Of a stretch of 64,000 bases of DNA, positions 26,393-42,279 are shown one piece after another (position 1 is the stretch's first letter; each line of letters begins with the position of its first letter). The position numbers and the translations under genes are program-made. The notes under the pieces are model-generated. The model did no database searches. It was not told the DNA's origin and saw nothing but the letters and a program-made list of their open reading frames with translations. Source of the stretch: Octopus sinensis (lineage: Eukaryota). The stretch spans positions 76,384,001-76,448,000 of the forward strand of contig NC_042999.1 of assembly GCF_006345805.1 (NCBI RefSeq), read 5' to 3'.

Positions 26393-26773
26393 ACATTCAT
26401 ACGTCGTCTTCGCATTGATATATATGCATAATTCTTCGTCTGTTGTATTTATATATTGCCTTGTTTGTTTCTGTCTCAGCATACATTCGCTAGGTTTTTC
26501 CCAGTAGCTTCATAACAGCACTGGCACCTCCAAGACTGAGTGGTCTCAATGATAATGGTGCGAAACCACGATAATATTTTGGTTCATTGACTGACGAGGA
26601 AAACCCAGCTGCGAATATTCCCTGTATTGTCTCTTTGTATATATTCCCCGTCCATTAAATTTTCGTCTAGTTTCCCGTTTGCTCTGCTTTCGTCTAAATT
26701 TTTCTCGTTGTGTTCTGTGTGTTCAATCTTTGATATATATATATATATATATATAATGTGTGTGTGTGTGTGA

Positions 26774-27053
26774 AGCTCCACCAACTATTCTGCTTATATG
26801 TCTGTGCACACCTTTGAATGCAGTGTATGCCAGAAGGTTTGCAAATCTAACAGAAGCTTCAAAAGACATTTTCAGATACACAAACATCAGAACTTATCTG
26901 TAGGTATTGGTGGTCAAAATTGGATGTGCAAACTATGTGGGTGTCTTTTCAGAACATTGTTTGGTTTAAAAAGCCACATCAGATGTCATTATGATTCTAA
27001 GGTGTAGGCACAGAAGGTGGTCAAAATCTGCATAAGGAGTAGACAACCACCAT
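26774..27053 (+). mobile_element. Short ORF with two canonical C2H2 zinc fingers; most likely the 3' end of a 5'-truncated RTE-like LINE
   Basis: CSVC-x12-HFQIH and CKLC-x12-HIRCH (ORF 26798-27007). The fingers are clear from the sequence. LINE origin is inferred from the non-TGEKP linker, in-frame stop at the (TG)n junction, short 3' UTR and (TA)n tail. Confidence 0.55.
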
Positions 27054-27068
27054 TTATATATATATATG

Positions 27069-27414
27069 TAAAGGGTTAAAGACCCCCTTCGGTCATGAAT
27101 GACCATAGGATTGCACCTAGAAAGTTACCCTCCTAGACACAAGTCCGGGCAAGGTTGTTTATGGAAGACCAGCAGTCGCCCATGCATACCAGCCTCCCCT
27201 CTCCACGCCACCAATGTTATCCAAGGGAAAGACAAAGGTCGATACAGCTTGGCACCACTGACGTCGCAACTCATTTCTACAGCTGAGTGAACTGGAGCAA
27301 CGTGAAATAAAGTGCCTTGCTCAAGAACACAACACGCAGCCCGGTCCGGGATTCGAGCTCACAACCTCACGATCGTAAGCTCGACGCTCTAACCACTGAG
27401 CCATGCGCCTTCAC
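27069..27414 (-). mobile_element. Full-length tRNA/CORE-like SINE (family C)
   Basis: Sense: gaaggcgcatggctcagtggttagagcg...tcgaatcccggacc...gtgttcttgagcaaggcac...catgaccgaagggggtcttt. Confidence 0.9.
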
Positions 27415-27749
27415 ACAAGAGCTAAGAAATGAAGTAGATAGCGAGCGGAACCTCAAAAGTGATAAATATCCAAGCGAGGTGTATAACGCAGGTTAATCTT
27501 CAGGTCAAGGTCTTGGCTTGAAGAGTAGATAGATTGAAGATAGATTCATTGTACGAGAGTATGTATGTATGTATGTATATGCGCATGCAACGATATACTG
27601 TTTCATTTTATATACGCATGTCAAAACTAGTTTTGAACAAGCGGAACGGAGACAATGTAACAACCTGACTTCTGTTTCTTTTTATGTTGTGTTCTGCTTC
27701 AGTGTAGTGAGTATACTCTCTTTTTGCTTCTATTAACAATATCTAAATA

Positions 27750-28700
27750 TGATCCCTCAAGATAAGGCTTAGTGCAGTCTTCATCACCGAAGAATTCGAT
27801 AAATTTTGCCTCAGTAGTTTCTTTTTTGTCTCTCATTATAAAAATTATGTACGCCAAGTACCAGATGCGAATACCGGGATTTAGGTTGAATAAGGGGCCA
27901 CTGATGAACCATATTTATCGATTGCCTAGTCTCTTACCAAATACATGTGTCGTGTCACATTGCTATGGTGAACGTTGATTGCTTTTCAGATTATTGTTCA
28001 GGATCTTCTTAATTATGGTTTCTCTAAGCTTTATTGAGTGTCCTTATGTACCACTTGACGTTAACAGTACAGTCACATTCCAGAAAAGTGAAGGGGAATA
28101 ACGCCCTTGTCATTCTCCCCGAAACAGTCATCAGGACTTATTTGCCGATCACTGGCTCTAGAATATCCTTGGCCTTGGAGAAGTATAATATCGATTTTAT
28201 ATCGATTTAGCTTTTGTTCTCGATTCGTAAAAAAATATAGTCAAGTTCATACGAAGTCACTAAATCAGAAAAGGTGAATCTTCTTTTATTTCAAAACCTT
28301 TTAGCAATTCAGAGCAGTCTTCCACTATTCTCTGCTTCAAATCGGGTGGCAGCTGCTGAGCTGCCCACTTTGCAAAGACATTTTCCGTTACCTAGAATCT
28401 TACATCGTAAAAATGCAACTACTATCCAGTTGTGCATTGAGCAAAAGGGTTGTCACTTCGCTGTCGGTACAAAAGAATGTGTCTACTGCATGACGAATCG
28501 TGTCAGTAGTCGCAGCTGCTTGTCTCACAGCACGAAGTTTACCTTCAGTGTCAATTTCCTTTTCTCTACATGTTTCTAACCATCTGTGTACATTATTATT
28601 CACGGTGGTATCATCCTCTTACGCTACCTCACCTTTCCCTCGACAAGATCTCAATGACAACACTTCGTCTCTGTTGGAACCCTTATTATATATGCAACGA
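27750..28700 (-). mobile_element. Near full-length decayed mariner transposase
   Basis: Joined frames: NVHRWLETCRE.....LRAVRQAAATTD...VFAKWAAQQLPPDLKQRIVEDCSELL...FFYESRTKAKS...TSPRPRIF...VLMTV..NDKGVIPLHF.LECDCTVNVKWYIRTLNKLRETI. Collinear with mariner HTH, W(V)P, SPRPKK and GKVMATVFWD motifs. Confidence 0.8.
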
Positions 28701-28846
28701 AGAAGACCGGGAATAATAGCAATTACAGAGGATGAGTTACTCTACCAACATGCGTGTTTTAAACAAAACACGCCAAGCTATTAAAAGGATATACCCGCTT
28801 TTGCATTACTTTTGGGACAAACCAAATATATACGTATGCCTATAAG

Positions 28847-28887
<41 letters not shown>

Positions 28888-29252
28888 TACATTATCTTTA
28901 CATTTTATATACCACCTCAATACGTTCAAAGGTATTTATATGTAGGTATTCATATTTCTTCATACAAATATATTTGCACATGTGTGTATCTTTGTACTTA
29001 CGCACGCGCATGTAGGAGTGTGATTTTGGCTGTGGGTAATTTTATTTTTGTGCAATGTCATAAATCCAAGCGCGTTATAGCGCTCTCTGTTTAAAACATA
29101 TGCATGTATATGCATTAATGCGTATATAAAACATATATTATCATATTATCAAGAATTAGATATGTTTATACTACGCCTTGTGCATGTCTATGTATATACA
29201 TATGTGTGTGTGTGAGTGCGTGTGTGTGTACGTGGGCGTGATTTGCATGTAT

Positions 29253-29294
<42 letters not shown>

Positions 29295-29300
29295 TGCGTG

Positions 29301-29332
<32 letters not shown>

Positions 29333-29847
29333 CATGTACATACGCAGGAATACACACATATGCACACGTACATATTAATCATTAATGTTTTCAGCTTGCA
29401 TCACAGCTTTCGTCAATCCTCAAACCGCTATCCAACTTATTTTTATTAACGTTCTTGTTAATATTTACATTATTTACATATTTCAAAAGAATGCCATAAA
29501 GTACATATTTACATGGGTAGCATATTATATAATATTATATTACCTATGTGCTTTGTATGTGTGTTTCTCATGGTTACCTTTGATCCAGCATAATGGCCTT
29601 CCAATAATGCGACGAAGTGTGTGATTTCGCATCCTTCATGCATTAACTGTTGTAAGTAATTGTACATTGTTTTCTGTGACGACCGAAACCTCGCAAGTTG
29701 GTCTTGCCTCCCGGAAGTGAAGGCTATAATCTGTAGGCATCAATAGTATCATTACAGTTAGGAATAATACATCAAAAACAGAGCTAATGACGTGAAAATC
29801 GGACCCGACTGGGTATCGTATTTCTTCTTAATATTTCGTAGTATTAA

Positions 29848-30063
29848 GACAGTGAGCTGGCAGAATCGTTATCACGCCGGGCGAAATGCTTAGCGGTATT
29901 TCGTTACTTCTTACGATCTGAGTTCAAATTTCTCCGTGGTCGACTTTGCATTTGATCCTTTCGGAATTGATAAAATAAGTACCAATTTAGCAGTGGAGCT
30001 GATGCAGTCGACTTAACACCTCCTCCGAAATTACTAGTCTTGTGCCAAAGTTTGAAACCAATG
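29848..30063 (+). mobile_element. SINE family A
   Basis: gagctggcagaatcgttatcacgccgggcgaaatgcttagcggtatttcg. Confidence 0.9.
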
Positions 30064-30529
30064 TTTCGGGGTACTGTTGTCCTTACATTTATACCTTTAG
30101 TAGTTTTCAGAGAATAACATCTACTCGGTCTTGGAGGCTTAAATCTACTACTTTGACACTTGCATCCCCTTACAGACGACCTTACTACTGGAAGCATTCT
30201 GCTGTAGGTCTCCCTTAAAAGTTTAAGTTGACTGATTGATTTTCGGTGGCACTATCGGAGATAATTCCTATGCAAGTAATTGGTATAATAATATACCACT
30301 GCCCTCTTGTTAATTTTTTAGACCTTGCAAAATTTAATGTACGTTGTCTTTCTCTCTCTGACTTAGCCACGAAAATGTATGATATAACAATTATAACTAA
30401 TTATATGTTGGAAATCACAGTTTAATGTTAAAAATCATTACAAATACTTATATCATTTGATCTTCATAATATATCAGAGTGGAACATTTAATATAATATT
30501 AAAAAATATGCACTCACAACACACATGTA

Positions 30530-32100
<1,571 letters not shown>

Positions 32101-32756
32101 ATCATGTATATTCATATCGCACACCGAAACACTTACAGATCTATATGAATACGAAAGTTTGTATCACACATGGCAGACCTGTGAAATTTTAAAATTTAAA
32201 TATTCTAACAAGTGTTAGAATATATATGGAGGAGAATGGTAAAACACAAATATGCATTTAAAAGAAAAAAGAAAAAAACTTAGATGTTTATATAAATTAG
32301 CACGAACAAACGGAAACACTCACACAAACATATACAGAAAGATGAGAGAGACAGACAGAGACATAGAGAATGAGACATACATTATTCTGAAGTGATATCA
32401 ACAACCAAGTATTCCTAATTCCCTGTTCAATGAAAGGTAGCAATTTCCAATGTATTGATAATTCTTGTAGTGGCCTTTATAAATTTGATTACTCCTGAAT
32501 TCGTTATTTTATTCATTCAATTATATATTTCTTCCCAACTTAATCCTATTAGATGAAACACCGATAAAGACAACACACAGAAAAAAATGGAAGCTTTTAT
32601 AAAATCTATTGATTAAATCATTAGAAATTATATTGCTTTATTACGAAAGTTTTATGTGTGGTTGCCTTCGTAAGATATATTAAGTGCTTCGGAGTGAAAA
32701 TATGTTGTTATTGTCAATACACACCCATTCACCCAGATACATGCACACACACACAC

Positions 32757-32798
<42 letters not shown>

Positions 32799-35261
32799 TG
32801 AATGTATGTACACTCTCTCTCTCACACACACACACACACACATGTATATATATTACGATTCCTGATTGGCATTAATTCATTTTATATCTATATTCATGAG
32901 ATTGTTTTCCAAACTATTGATCACATCCTTCACGAAGTGAATTACAGGCAACTCGAATAATGGCGAAAGCAATGACGGCGACGCTAATGACAACGCTGAC
33001 AACGGTGTTGAGGATGAGGACGAAGGGAAGCGAACGATTAGAACGCTGTTGACAAGGAGGAGTATAAGATAAAAGACTATGCTCTGCCTTGAGGTCAAAG
33101 GGTGCAGACTTTGATGAAAGGCAAGTGGTGGAAAATTGTTGGCTGGAAAAAGACTTTCATAAAAGATATTATGTTTGAAGAGCGTCTTTCAAGGATTAGC
33201 AAAACAAAGTTCGACGAATGCAGCAAAGATGATCATTACAGAAGCTAATGGAGATGGTGGTAGCAGTGGTCGTGGTCGTGCTGGTGGTGGTGGTAGTGGT
33301 GATGGAGGCTGCCGTCACTGTCATTTTTGTAGGAGCTTTTTGTAGGTGGTGATAACGTTGTTGTGAGAATGTTAGTGGTTGTGACAAGACCGGTTTTTAT
33401 TTCTATTTCCAGATCTTCCTTGGCCGAATAGACGCATGATCAATGACGTTCCCGACATGACCATCCAACTTTTTTATTTATTTAAATCTCTGTTCCCTAA
33501 TGTATCCGCTACTTAAAAAGACAGGAGATGGGGTTGCTATTTGTAGAGGGTCCTGCTAACACGTAGAATAGTTCTTCTCAGACTATGCGGTATTTCTCCC
33601 GATGGACAATTTCATATGTGTACTGGGGACAAACGGGACGATAGGAAGGGAGAAATAGATTCCTCGAATTTTAAAATTTATTTTCAATTTTTATTCCGAA
33701 CGCGAATCATCTGGTAATATAAGTAGTTTTGACATTGCACATTATACTGATGGAATGACTTGAAAGTAACTTTGGAATCAACCAGTCGGCAACGATATTT
33801 TGTAGGGTGTTTAATCTTGCTGAATCATACGAAAGGGGTTTTAGAAAAGTATTTCTAATAGAAAAGGCTCCAAACATTGCTTTAATATTATTAATAGTAT
33901 TGATCTGGGTGGTGGTGGTGGTGTTGGAGGTTGTCGTTATGGCGATTGCAATGATTTGCGTGATATTGATGGGAAGGTGGTGGATTTAGAGAAATGTGCC
34001 ATTCCTTGGTTGTGTTAGGGGTGTTGGTGATAATTTTTTTGTTTTTATTTTTTTTTTTTTTGCATTTTTATGTGGTTGGGATGTGAGATGAACAAGAATT
34101 GCTGATTTCGCAAGAGCAGCTACGTCGAATAGAAGGAGAAATGAGAAAAGAATTGAAAATAAAAAAAAAGGAAGAAAGAAAAAGAGGAAGGTCACAAGGT
34201 TTCAGATTGACTGGCATAAATAATAGAAAAGACTAAGTGGTGATAATGGAAATGATTCTTTGACAAGTCAGGTAGTAGTGTATCGTAAATGGAAAAAGAA
34301 GGATACTGAGACAGTATGTGATTAATACGCAGATGGAAACAGCATTAACGCGAAAAGAATACATACATAAACACACGTTGGTAATTAAATAGTGACAAGA
34401 TGAAGGAGAAGGTTCAAGGGATTTGGGATCAAAAAGATACTTAAGTTGGGTAGATGTCAATAAAAAGCCACAAGATCAAAAAGTGAAAAGGTTAAAAATG
34501 GTCATTTGTACATAGCTAGCACGGTCGTGTCCAGGGACATCATAACCAAAGCTTTTACGATTTAAAGACACAAATTGATCCTTTTAGTTTGTTATTATAT
34601 TCAGCAAAAATAATATCACGTTTAAGGGTTTAAGGTTATTAAATGAAATGATTAACAGGACAGACTTTTTGTTTGAATATGAGGAAAAGGGAAAAGGAAA
34701 TGCAGAGAAAATGAGAGCGATGGACATGATCTTTTGTAAGGACAGAGGTCAGTTGTGAAACATTTACGAATAAAGTTTATTTAGACTATACATTGGGTTT
34801 AGTAAAAGATTGTTAATTTTGTACGTAGCTACCTTTTCTTAAGTGCAAACGTATGCGCGCAGAAAGAAAATACATGTAGACCCACATGCATGCACAGATA
34901 TATTTCGGTGTTCAAAGAGAAGCAACAAATAGACTTAGTTATTTGACTTGAGTTAATTTAGTTAAAAGGATATTTGTTACGAGTGTTGTAACGAACATTG
35001 TGTGGCTGAATAAACTGCCGAAACCATTCCCTGAATATATTATAAGATCATTTGAATTCCCGCTAGATAATTCAGATGCCCTTCTCAACATACATAATAC
35101 TTTTTGTTGTAATTATTGTCCTTGTCGTTGTTGTTATTGCTATGCGTCATAATGTGGTACAGTTCATATGGTAACAGTCCACTAGTCAAAGTATTAGCAG
35201 TTCGTATCATTTCGTCTACGCTACTTGAAGTCTAACCTCACCTGATTGAAACTGAAACTGG

Positions 35262-35372
35262 AAAAACGTGAGATGATATGTTTTGCTCAAGAACACAACG
35301 TGCCGACCCATCTATGAATCGAACCCACGATCAACTGATCGTGAGTGCAACAACTTAACCACTAGGTCACAC
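35262..35372 (-). mobile_element. tRNA/CORE-like SINE head, partial
   Basis: Sense: gacctagtggttaagttg...ggttcgattc...gttgtgttcttgagcaaaac. Confidence 0.7.
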
Positions 35373-37578
35373 ACGTAACCTAGTCACACACACACACAAA
35401 CATGTATATATCATATATTATTTGTCAAAACCTTTGTTAAAACAAAACACTGGTTTCTGACGAGCACCAGTGAATGAAAACAGTTTCAATGGGTTAAGTC
35501 GCGGTTTTGATACTCGACTAATGTATTCATTTCCGTTGCTAACGTCTCTGAGAAATGCATGAACGTCACAATTCTTACACACTAAGTTTTTATAGACTCC
35601 TAGATTTTAGGAATATGGATTTCCCTTGATTATATAGCATTTGAGTTCGGCCTTCTGGCTTTTCTTAACCTTCAAATCCTGCAGAAGTTAACTTGGGTCT
35701 CTATCATTATCGTTGAATGCACACAATTTGAACGTTCCCATGCATTTTCTTCTGCCATTCATGCACCGGAATGGCGAGTGGGTAGTTGAATAACTTGGAC
35801 ACCTAAGGACTTCCTAAACTTATTACTTTTCTCTTTTTTATTTTATGCTGGTGATAGCAAACAGGATTTCGGCTTAAATCACATAGAACCAAAATAGATA
35901 ACGCAAGGTATCGATTTTGACGATCTCAAATTCTGTCGATCTACCGCCCGATATTGGCATTTTATTCACTAACCCCAAATAAATGATAAGCAAAATTGAT
36001 GTAGATGGAATCTGAGACGGAATATATATCACAAGACATTCTATGCAATACGAAAATGAATCTGCCGACTCAACGCCACAATGATAACTCCGGGTCAACA
36101 AAATTATTACCAGTCATACTGTATGGTAAAGTTTGACAATTGAAAAGTCGTTAGTTGGTTCCTCAGCCACAGTGCAGCGGCGTTCCCGTAAACAAGACAC
36201 CACAGAAGAGCCATACTCACAAACCTCTAATTAAATGCTTTTCAGCTGTGTAATTTGTCGATGTATTTTGTGGATATACTGTAAAATTGTCAGTTGATTC
36301 AATCACTTACAGAGAGCAATTTGACGATAACCGAGAAAAGGAAGTAAACTCGTGATATGCTGGCTTTCTATCAAGGAGAAGGCCTGTTTCTCATCCGCTT
36401 AACATCATGTGAACAATATCGCCGGTTCGAGAGACAGAAGTGGTTTGTGAACGGAAATATCATAAATAAAAATCATTCTAATACTGAAAATAAATTTGAA
36501 GATAGCAATCAACGGTTTCCTTTACTTTTGGACAGTAGCTAATATGACAGCAATCTTCAGGCCGCTTAAAAATTTGTTTCGTTTTATTATTCCTTTTGAA
36601 GCTGTCTGAAAGTCAATGTTGACAGATGTGGAGAATGAGACTTTTATAAAGAACTTTAAAAATCTAAAATCAGAAAGCAAATTTCAAAAAATAACACACT
36701 AAAAGATTTATTTCAAATTTTCCATCCTTCGACTTTTTTCTGTTTGATTGCTTCTTTATTAATTTGGTGTAATTTTTGTTTTTACGTGTTTTACGTGTAT
36801 TTATCTTTTTTTAATGGATTTGTTTTCTAAATGAATACAAGGACTGCAAACAAATGAAAATGCAGCTAGATTAAAGACATCCAAAAGATGACGCAATGCT
36901 TGTAGTTGATTTGCAATAATGCTTTAATTAAAACATCAAGGCCCAGCATTAAAAATTCTTAACTAAACACTGCAGACCGCTCGTAGAGTAAACGTAAAAC
37001 TAACCTTGCAGTGAAAGCCTGTGACACAGTATCGATTCCCCACTGAAGCCTATTGCTCATAAAATTATGGTATTTAATGCATTTCGGAACATCAAAGCCA
37101 CATTATTTCATTTTAGTATCCTTTAAGATATATTGCCATGTGTTTCGTCAGAATAAACAAATATCTTTTAAATAAAACAGAACAAAAACATTTTTTGCAC
37201 AACTTATAAAATCTCTGAAAACTGAAATGCAAGTTTGGATTCCTGAAGTTCATCTTGCCAATGCAATTCGGAACTCTGTAAACATTCCAATTTCTGAGTT
37301 CAAAAAATATTTAATGCTCCTAACCCCTTGGAAATAGCATGGGTAACGTAAACCACTTGGCTTTCTTCTTGATTGAAATGAGCAAAGATATAAATTTTCC
37401 GAGATGAATACACGGTTACAATTTTTAGAGTATCAAGAGTAGTTTATTTAACTGTATTATTGTACTTAGCTTATTGACTTTGTATGCTATAAGCTAAGTC
37501 AGATAGACGATTAGTGAATACATTGGTTTCTGTTAAGTCTTACTTAGCTAAAACGATTATTCTAAAATATTATTGTTG

Positions 37579-37621
<43 letters not shown>

Positions 37622-37849
37622 ACACACACACATGCACACACACACACACACACGCACACGTACAAACACACACACACACATAGATGAATACATGCACATA
37701 CATACATTTTCCAATGGTATTTGAATGAACCAGAAAATGGTTTCCGTGGTGTTTTCATAATTTTTTTTTTTTCTCTTTTTTAGCTCTCTTCTGCCTCTAG
37801 ATCTATTGCGAAACGCTTTTGAAATTTGAAGAAAATTTACCACTTTTCA

Positions 37850-38115
37850 AACATATGATGTTGGTAAAAAGAAAAATGAAAATAGCATTTTCGGTACATA
37901 CTTCTCATCGCTTTCAGTCAAGTGTCCAAAGCTTCCGAAGGTTATACATACGTTTATGCTGTGTACAGAGAAGGTCCTATTACTGAAAGAACTACACTGA
38001 AGTGGCTTTCACTCTTCAAGGATAGGTAAGTCTACGTAACAGACAATACTTATTCTGGCGAGGATCAACCGAACGATCTCATCGACGAAAATCCGTGCCA
38101 ATGACCCAATTTATC
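37850..38115 (+). mobile_element. Decayed mariner transposase N-terminus (HTH)
   Basis: HFRYILLIAFSQVSKASEGYTYVYAVYREGPITERTTLKWLSLFKDR*...SG..DLIDENPCQ resembles HFRHILL...ICAVYGEGAI.ERT..KWF..FK.G. Confidence 0.75.
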
Positions 38116-38125
38116 TCATCATCAC

Positions 38126-38178
<53 letters not shown>

Positions 38179-38229
38179 ATGTATATATATGTATGTATGT
38201 ATGTATATATATATATGTATGTATGTATG

Positions 38230-38283
<54 letters not shown>

Positions 38284-38288
38284 TATAT

Positions 38289-39640
38289 AAATCCTTAAAA
38301 TCCTTTAAAATGTTTTAGCCCGAAGGCCGCGGCCATGCTGGGGCACCACCGCTGAATGAGCTACACTATAGTTTGTGAATCCACCTCTGATACGTGGCAC
38401 TTGATCAACAAGGGAGTTCGATGTGCTGCTGCCCGCATCCGTGTTCCTGTCGTGAGGTAGGTTCATCTGGGACTCCCAACAAGAAGAGATCCAGTTTAGT
38501 TTTAAAGAAACCCACATCCACACCATGTAAGTCTCTCAGGCATTTAGGGAGGATGTTAAAGAGCTGTGGTCCTCTGAAACCCAAGCTGTTGCAGTATCTG
38601 GACCTGTATTTTGATGGTGATGTTGGAATCCTTGGCACCACGCAGCGGCGCCCCGTTCTGCGGTTGGAGTAACTTTGAATGCCAAAGTTTGGGACAAGAC
38701 CCTCCAGGATTTTCCAGATGTATATCACTGCATATCTCTCCCGCCTCCGCTCCAGGGAGAAGAGGTTTAATACCTTCAGTCTTTCCAGTAGCTGACATTT
38801 TGCATTGAGACGTTTTCTTGTGTAGCTTCTCTGAGTTGCTTCGAGTTCTGCTGTTTGTTTTATATTGTGTGGTGACCAAAGTTGGGAGCAGTAGTCCAAG
38901 CGGCTGAGGACAAATGTTTTCCATAGGACCATCAGTGTCTCCTTCTCTCTTGTTCTGAAAGTTCGGAGAATCCATCCAGCTAGCCGTCTGCATTTTATCA
39001 CCAGATTAGCAATATGCATTGGAAAGATGCATCATTGCTCATGTCAATGCCCAGGTCACGCACTGATTTTGACTCAGGGATTGCAATTCTTCCTGGGCCA
39101 ATGTATCCAGTCTTCACGTCATTTACCTTTGTGTGCCAGTAGCGCAGGGCCTGGAACTTACCTGCATTAAACTGCATGTTGTTGTCCTCAGCCCACCTGT
39201 ATATTGTGTCCAGCTCATGTTGCAGATGCGCAATATTTTCAGGGTTTTGTATTGCGTGGGAGACTTTTGTGTCATCTGCATAGCTAGCAAGGGTGGTCAT
39301 CGTAGCAACTGAAGGCATGTCTGAAAGGGCCACTATGAACATCAGTGGCCCCAAGACAGTGCCTGTGGGACACCGCTTGTTATTTGCGTTTCCCTGGAGG
39401 TGGCTCCATTGCTCACAACTGCCTGTTTTCTGTCTTTAGGAAGTTGTGCAGCCACTCTCCAAGTTTCCCGCCTATGCCGAGACCACGCAGTTTGTGACAG
39501 ATCATACCATGGTCGACTTTTCAAAGGCTTTTGCAAAGTCAAGATATATACATCCACATTTGAGCCATTTAGTAGTGTTTCAACACCCAGTCATAGTGTT
39601 GCAGGAGCTGTGTTAGGCAGCCTCTACCTGGTCGAAATAC
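38289..39640 (-). mobile_element. 5'-truncated CR1-group LINE: RT domain to 3' end, relatively young
   Basis: FRPGRGCLTQLL...LDFAKAF..VDHG...SGVPQ.TVLGPLMFI...YADDTK...VRDLG...SRLDYCSQLWSP...LFSLERRRERY...GPQLFNILP. Tail (TTTTAAGGA)n. Several 1-nt deletions. Confidence 0.95.
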
Positions 39641-39684
39641 ATACATATATATATGTATGTATATATATATTATATATATGTATG

Positions 39685-39754
<70 letters not shown>

Positions 39755-39759
39755 ATATA

Positions 39760-40163
39760 GGCAGAATGGCTGTATGGTAAGTAGCTTGCTCACCAACCAC
39801 ATGGTTCGGGGTTCAGTCCCACTGCATGACACTTTAGACAAATATCTTCTACTATAGCCTCGGGCCGATTCGTTAGACGAAAACTGAAAGAAGCTCGTCG
39901 TGTATATATATACATATGTGTGTGTGTGCGCGCGCGCGGTGTGGTATGTGTGTGTGCATGTGTGGTGTGTGTTTCCTCCCAACATCGCTTGACAACCGAT
40001 GCGGGTGTGTTTACGCCCCGAAAACTAGCGTTTCGGCAAAAGAGACCGATATAATAAGTACAGTGCTAATAAAGAATAAGTCCTGGAGTAGATTTGTTCG
40101 ACTAAAGGTGGTGCTCCAGCATGGCCGCAGTCAAATGACTAAACAAGTAAAAGAATGAAAGAA
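39760..40163 (+). mobile_element. SINE family B (copy 1 of a tandem duplicate)
   Basis: tggctgtatggtaagtagc...ccagcatggccgcagtcaaatgactaaacaagtaaaag. Carries a deletion in the central domain. Confidence 0.9.
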
Positions 40164-40468
40164 TATATATATGCATATATATATATAGACAGAGAGAGAG
40201 AGAGAGAGGAGATACATACATACATACATATATATATATACATTACATATATATATATACATAGATACATACACATATATACATACATATATACATAATA
40301 TATATATACATACATATATACACATACATACCATATATACATACATATACGTACATACATATAACATACATATACGTACATACATATATATACACATATA
40401 TATACATACATACATATATACATACATATATATAATAATATATATACATACATACAATATACACATAC

Positions 40469-40499
<31 letters not shown>

Positions 40500-40517
40500 C
40501 ATAATACGTACATATAT

Positions 40518-41033
<516 letters not shown>

Positions 41034-41438
41034 TATATATATGCATATATATATATACAGAGAGAGAGAGAGAGAGATACATACATACATACATATATAT
41101 ATATATACATACATATATATATATACATAGATACATACACATATATACATACATATATACATACATATATATATATACATACATATATACACATACATAC
41201 ATATATACATACATATACGTACATACATATATACATACATATACGTACATACATATATACATACATATATATACATACATACATATATACACATACATAC
41301 ATATATACATACATATATATACATACATACATATATACACATACATACATACATACATATATATATATATATACATACATACGTACATATATATACATAC
41401 TACATACATACATATATATATATATATACATACATATA

Positions 41439-41474
<36 letters not shown>

Positions 41475-42155
41475 TATATATATTATATATATATATATAT
41501 AATATATATATATATATATACATTTAACACTCCTTTCAGATATGCAGAGACCCACACACACACGCAAATACACACACACACTCTCTCACAAGACAATGAT
41601 AAAAATGAAATCCAGACACTTTTTTGAAAAGTGATATTTTGGCCCCCAGCTGGCTTGACCATTGCTAAAAGCCAATGACTGATTGTTTTTGACAATTTGA
41701 CCATTCCTCCTTAACACACTTTCAGATACAAAATGACAAACACACGCGCACACATACACACACTCACAAGACAATGATAAAAAGGAAATACAAACAATTT
41801 ATTGAAAAGTAACATTTGCCCCCCTTGGAGTAAACAGCTGGATTTACAATCACTGTAATCCAAGAATTCTTATTAACAAACCTACCAACTGCAAAGATAT
41901 TAACAAAATGTCTCCCCTTCTATTTCCTTTCCTTCTTTTTCAGATACAAAAATATACACACACACACACGCACGCACACGTGCACACACACACACATGCT
42001 CTCTCCCACTTTCTCCCCATTCATCACCCTCTTGTACTATCTTATATCTCTCCCCATCACTACACACTCAATAACACTATAAAAATAGTCAAAATTTTCC
42101 CAGTACATGACTGTTACATATTTTATCGAACTTTCAAGTATTTAAGGTAAAGCCT

Positions 42156-42279
42156 GACCCCGAAATGATGAAAGGCAAAGTCGACCTCGGCGGAATTTGA
42201 ACTCAGAACATAGCGGCAGACGAAATACCGCTAAGCATTTCGCCCAGCGTGCTAACGTTTCTGCCAGCTCGCTGCCTTA
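42156..42279 (-). mobile_element. SINE family A, 5' half
   Basis: gaaataccgctaagcatttcgcccagcgtgctaacgtttctgccagctcgctgcc. Confidence 0.9.

Noticed and set aside
27340-27414. tRNA-like sequences here and at 4407, 12930, 18100, 26140 and 61296
   Set aside because: They run straight into SINE bodies and lack a complete cloverleaf/acceptor stem, so they are SINE heads, not tRNA genes.
29711-29719. ETS-like motif CCGGAAGTG suggesting a promoter
   Set aside because: A single short motif, with no transcript start or CpG-rich context evident.
37918-38032. Apparent plus-strand exon with strong AG|GTAAGT donor
   Set aside because: The frame translates as a mariner HTH that continues past the donor, so it is a TE remnant.
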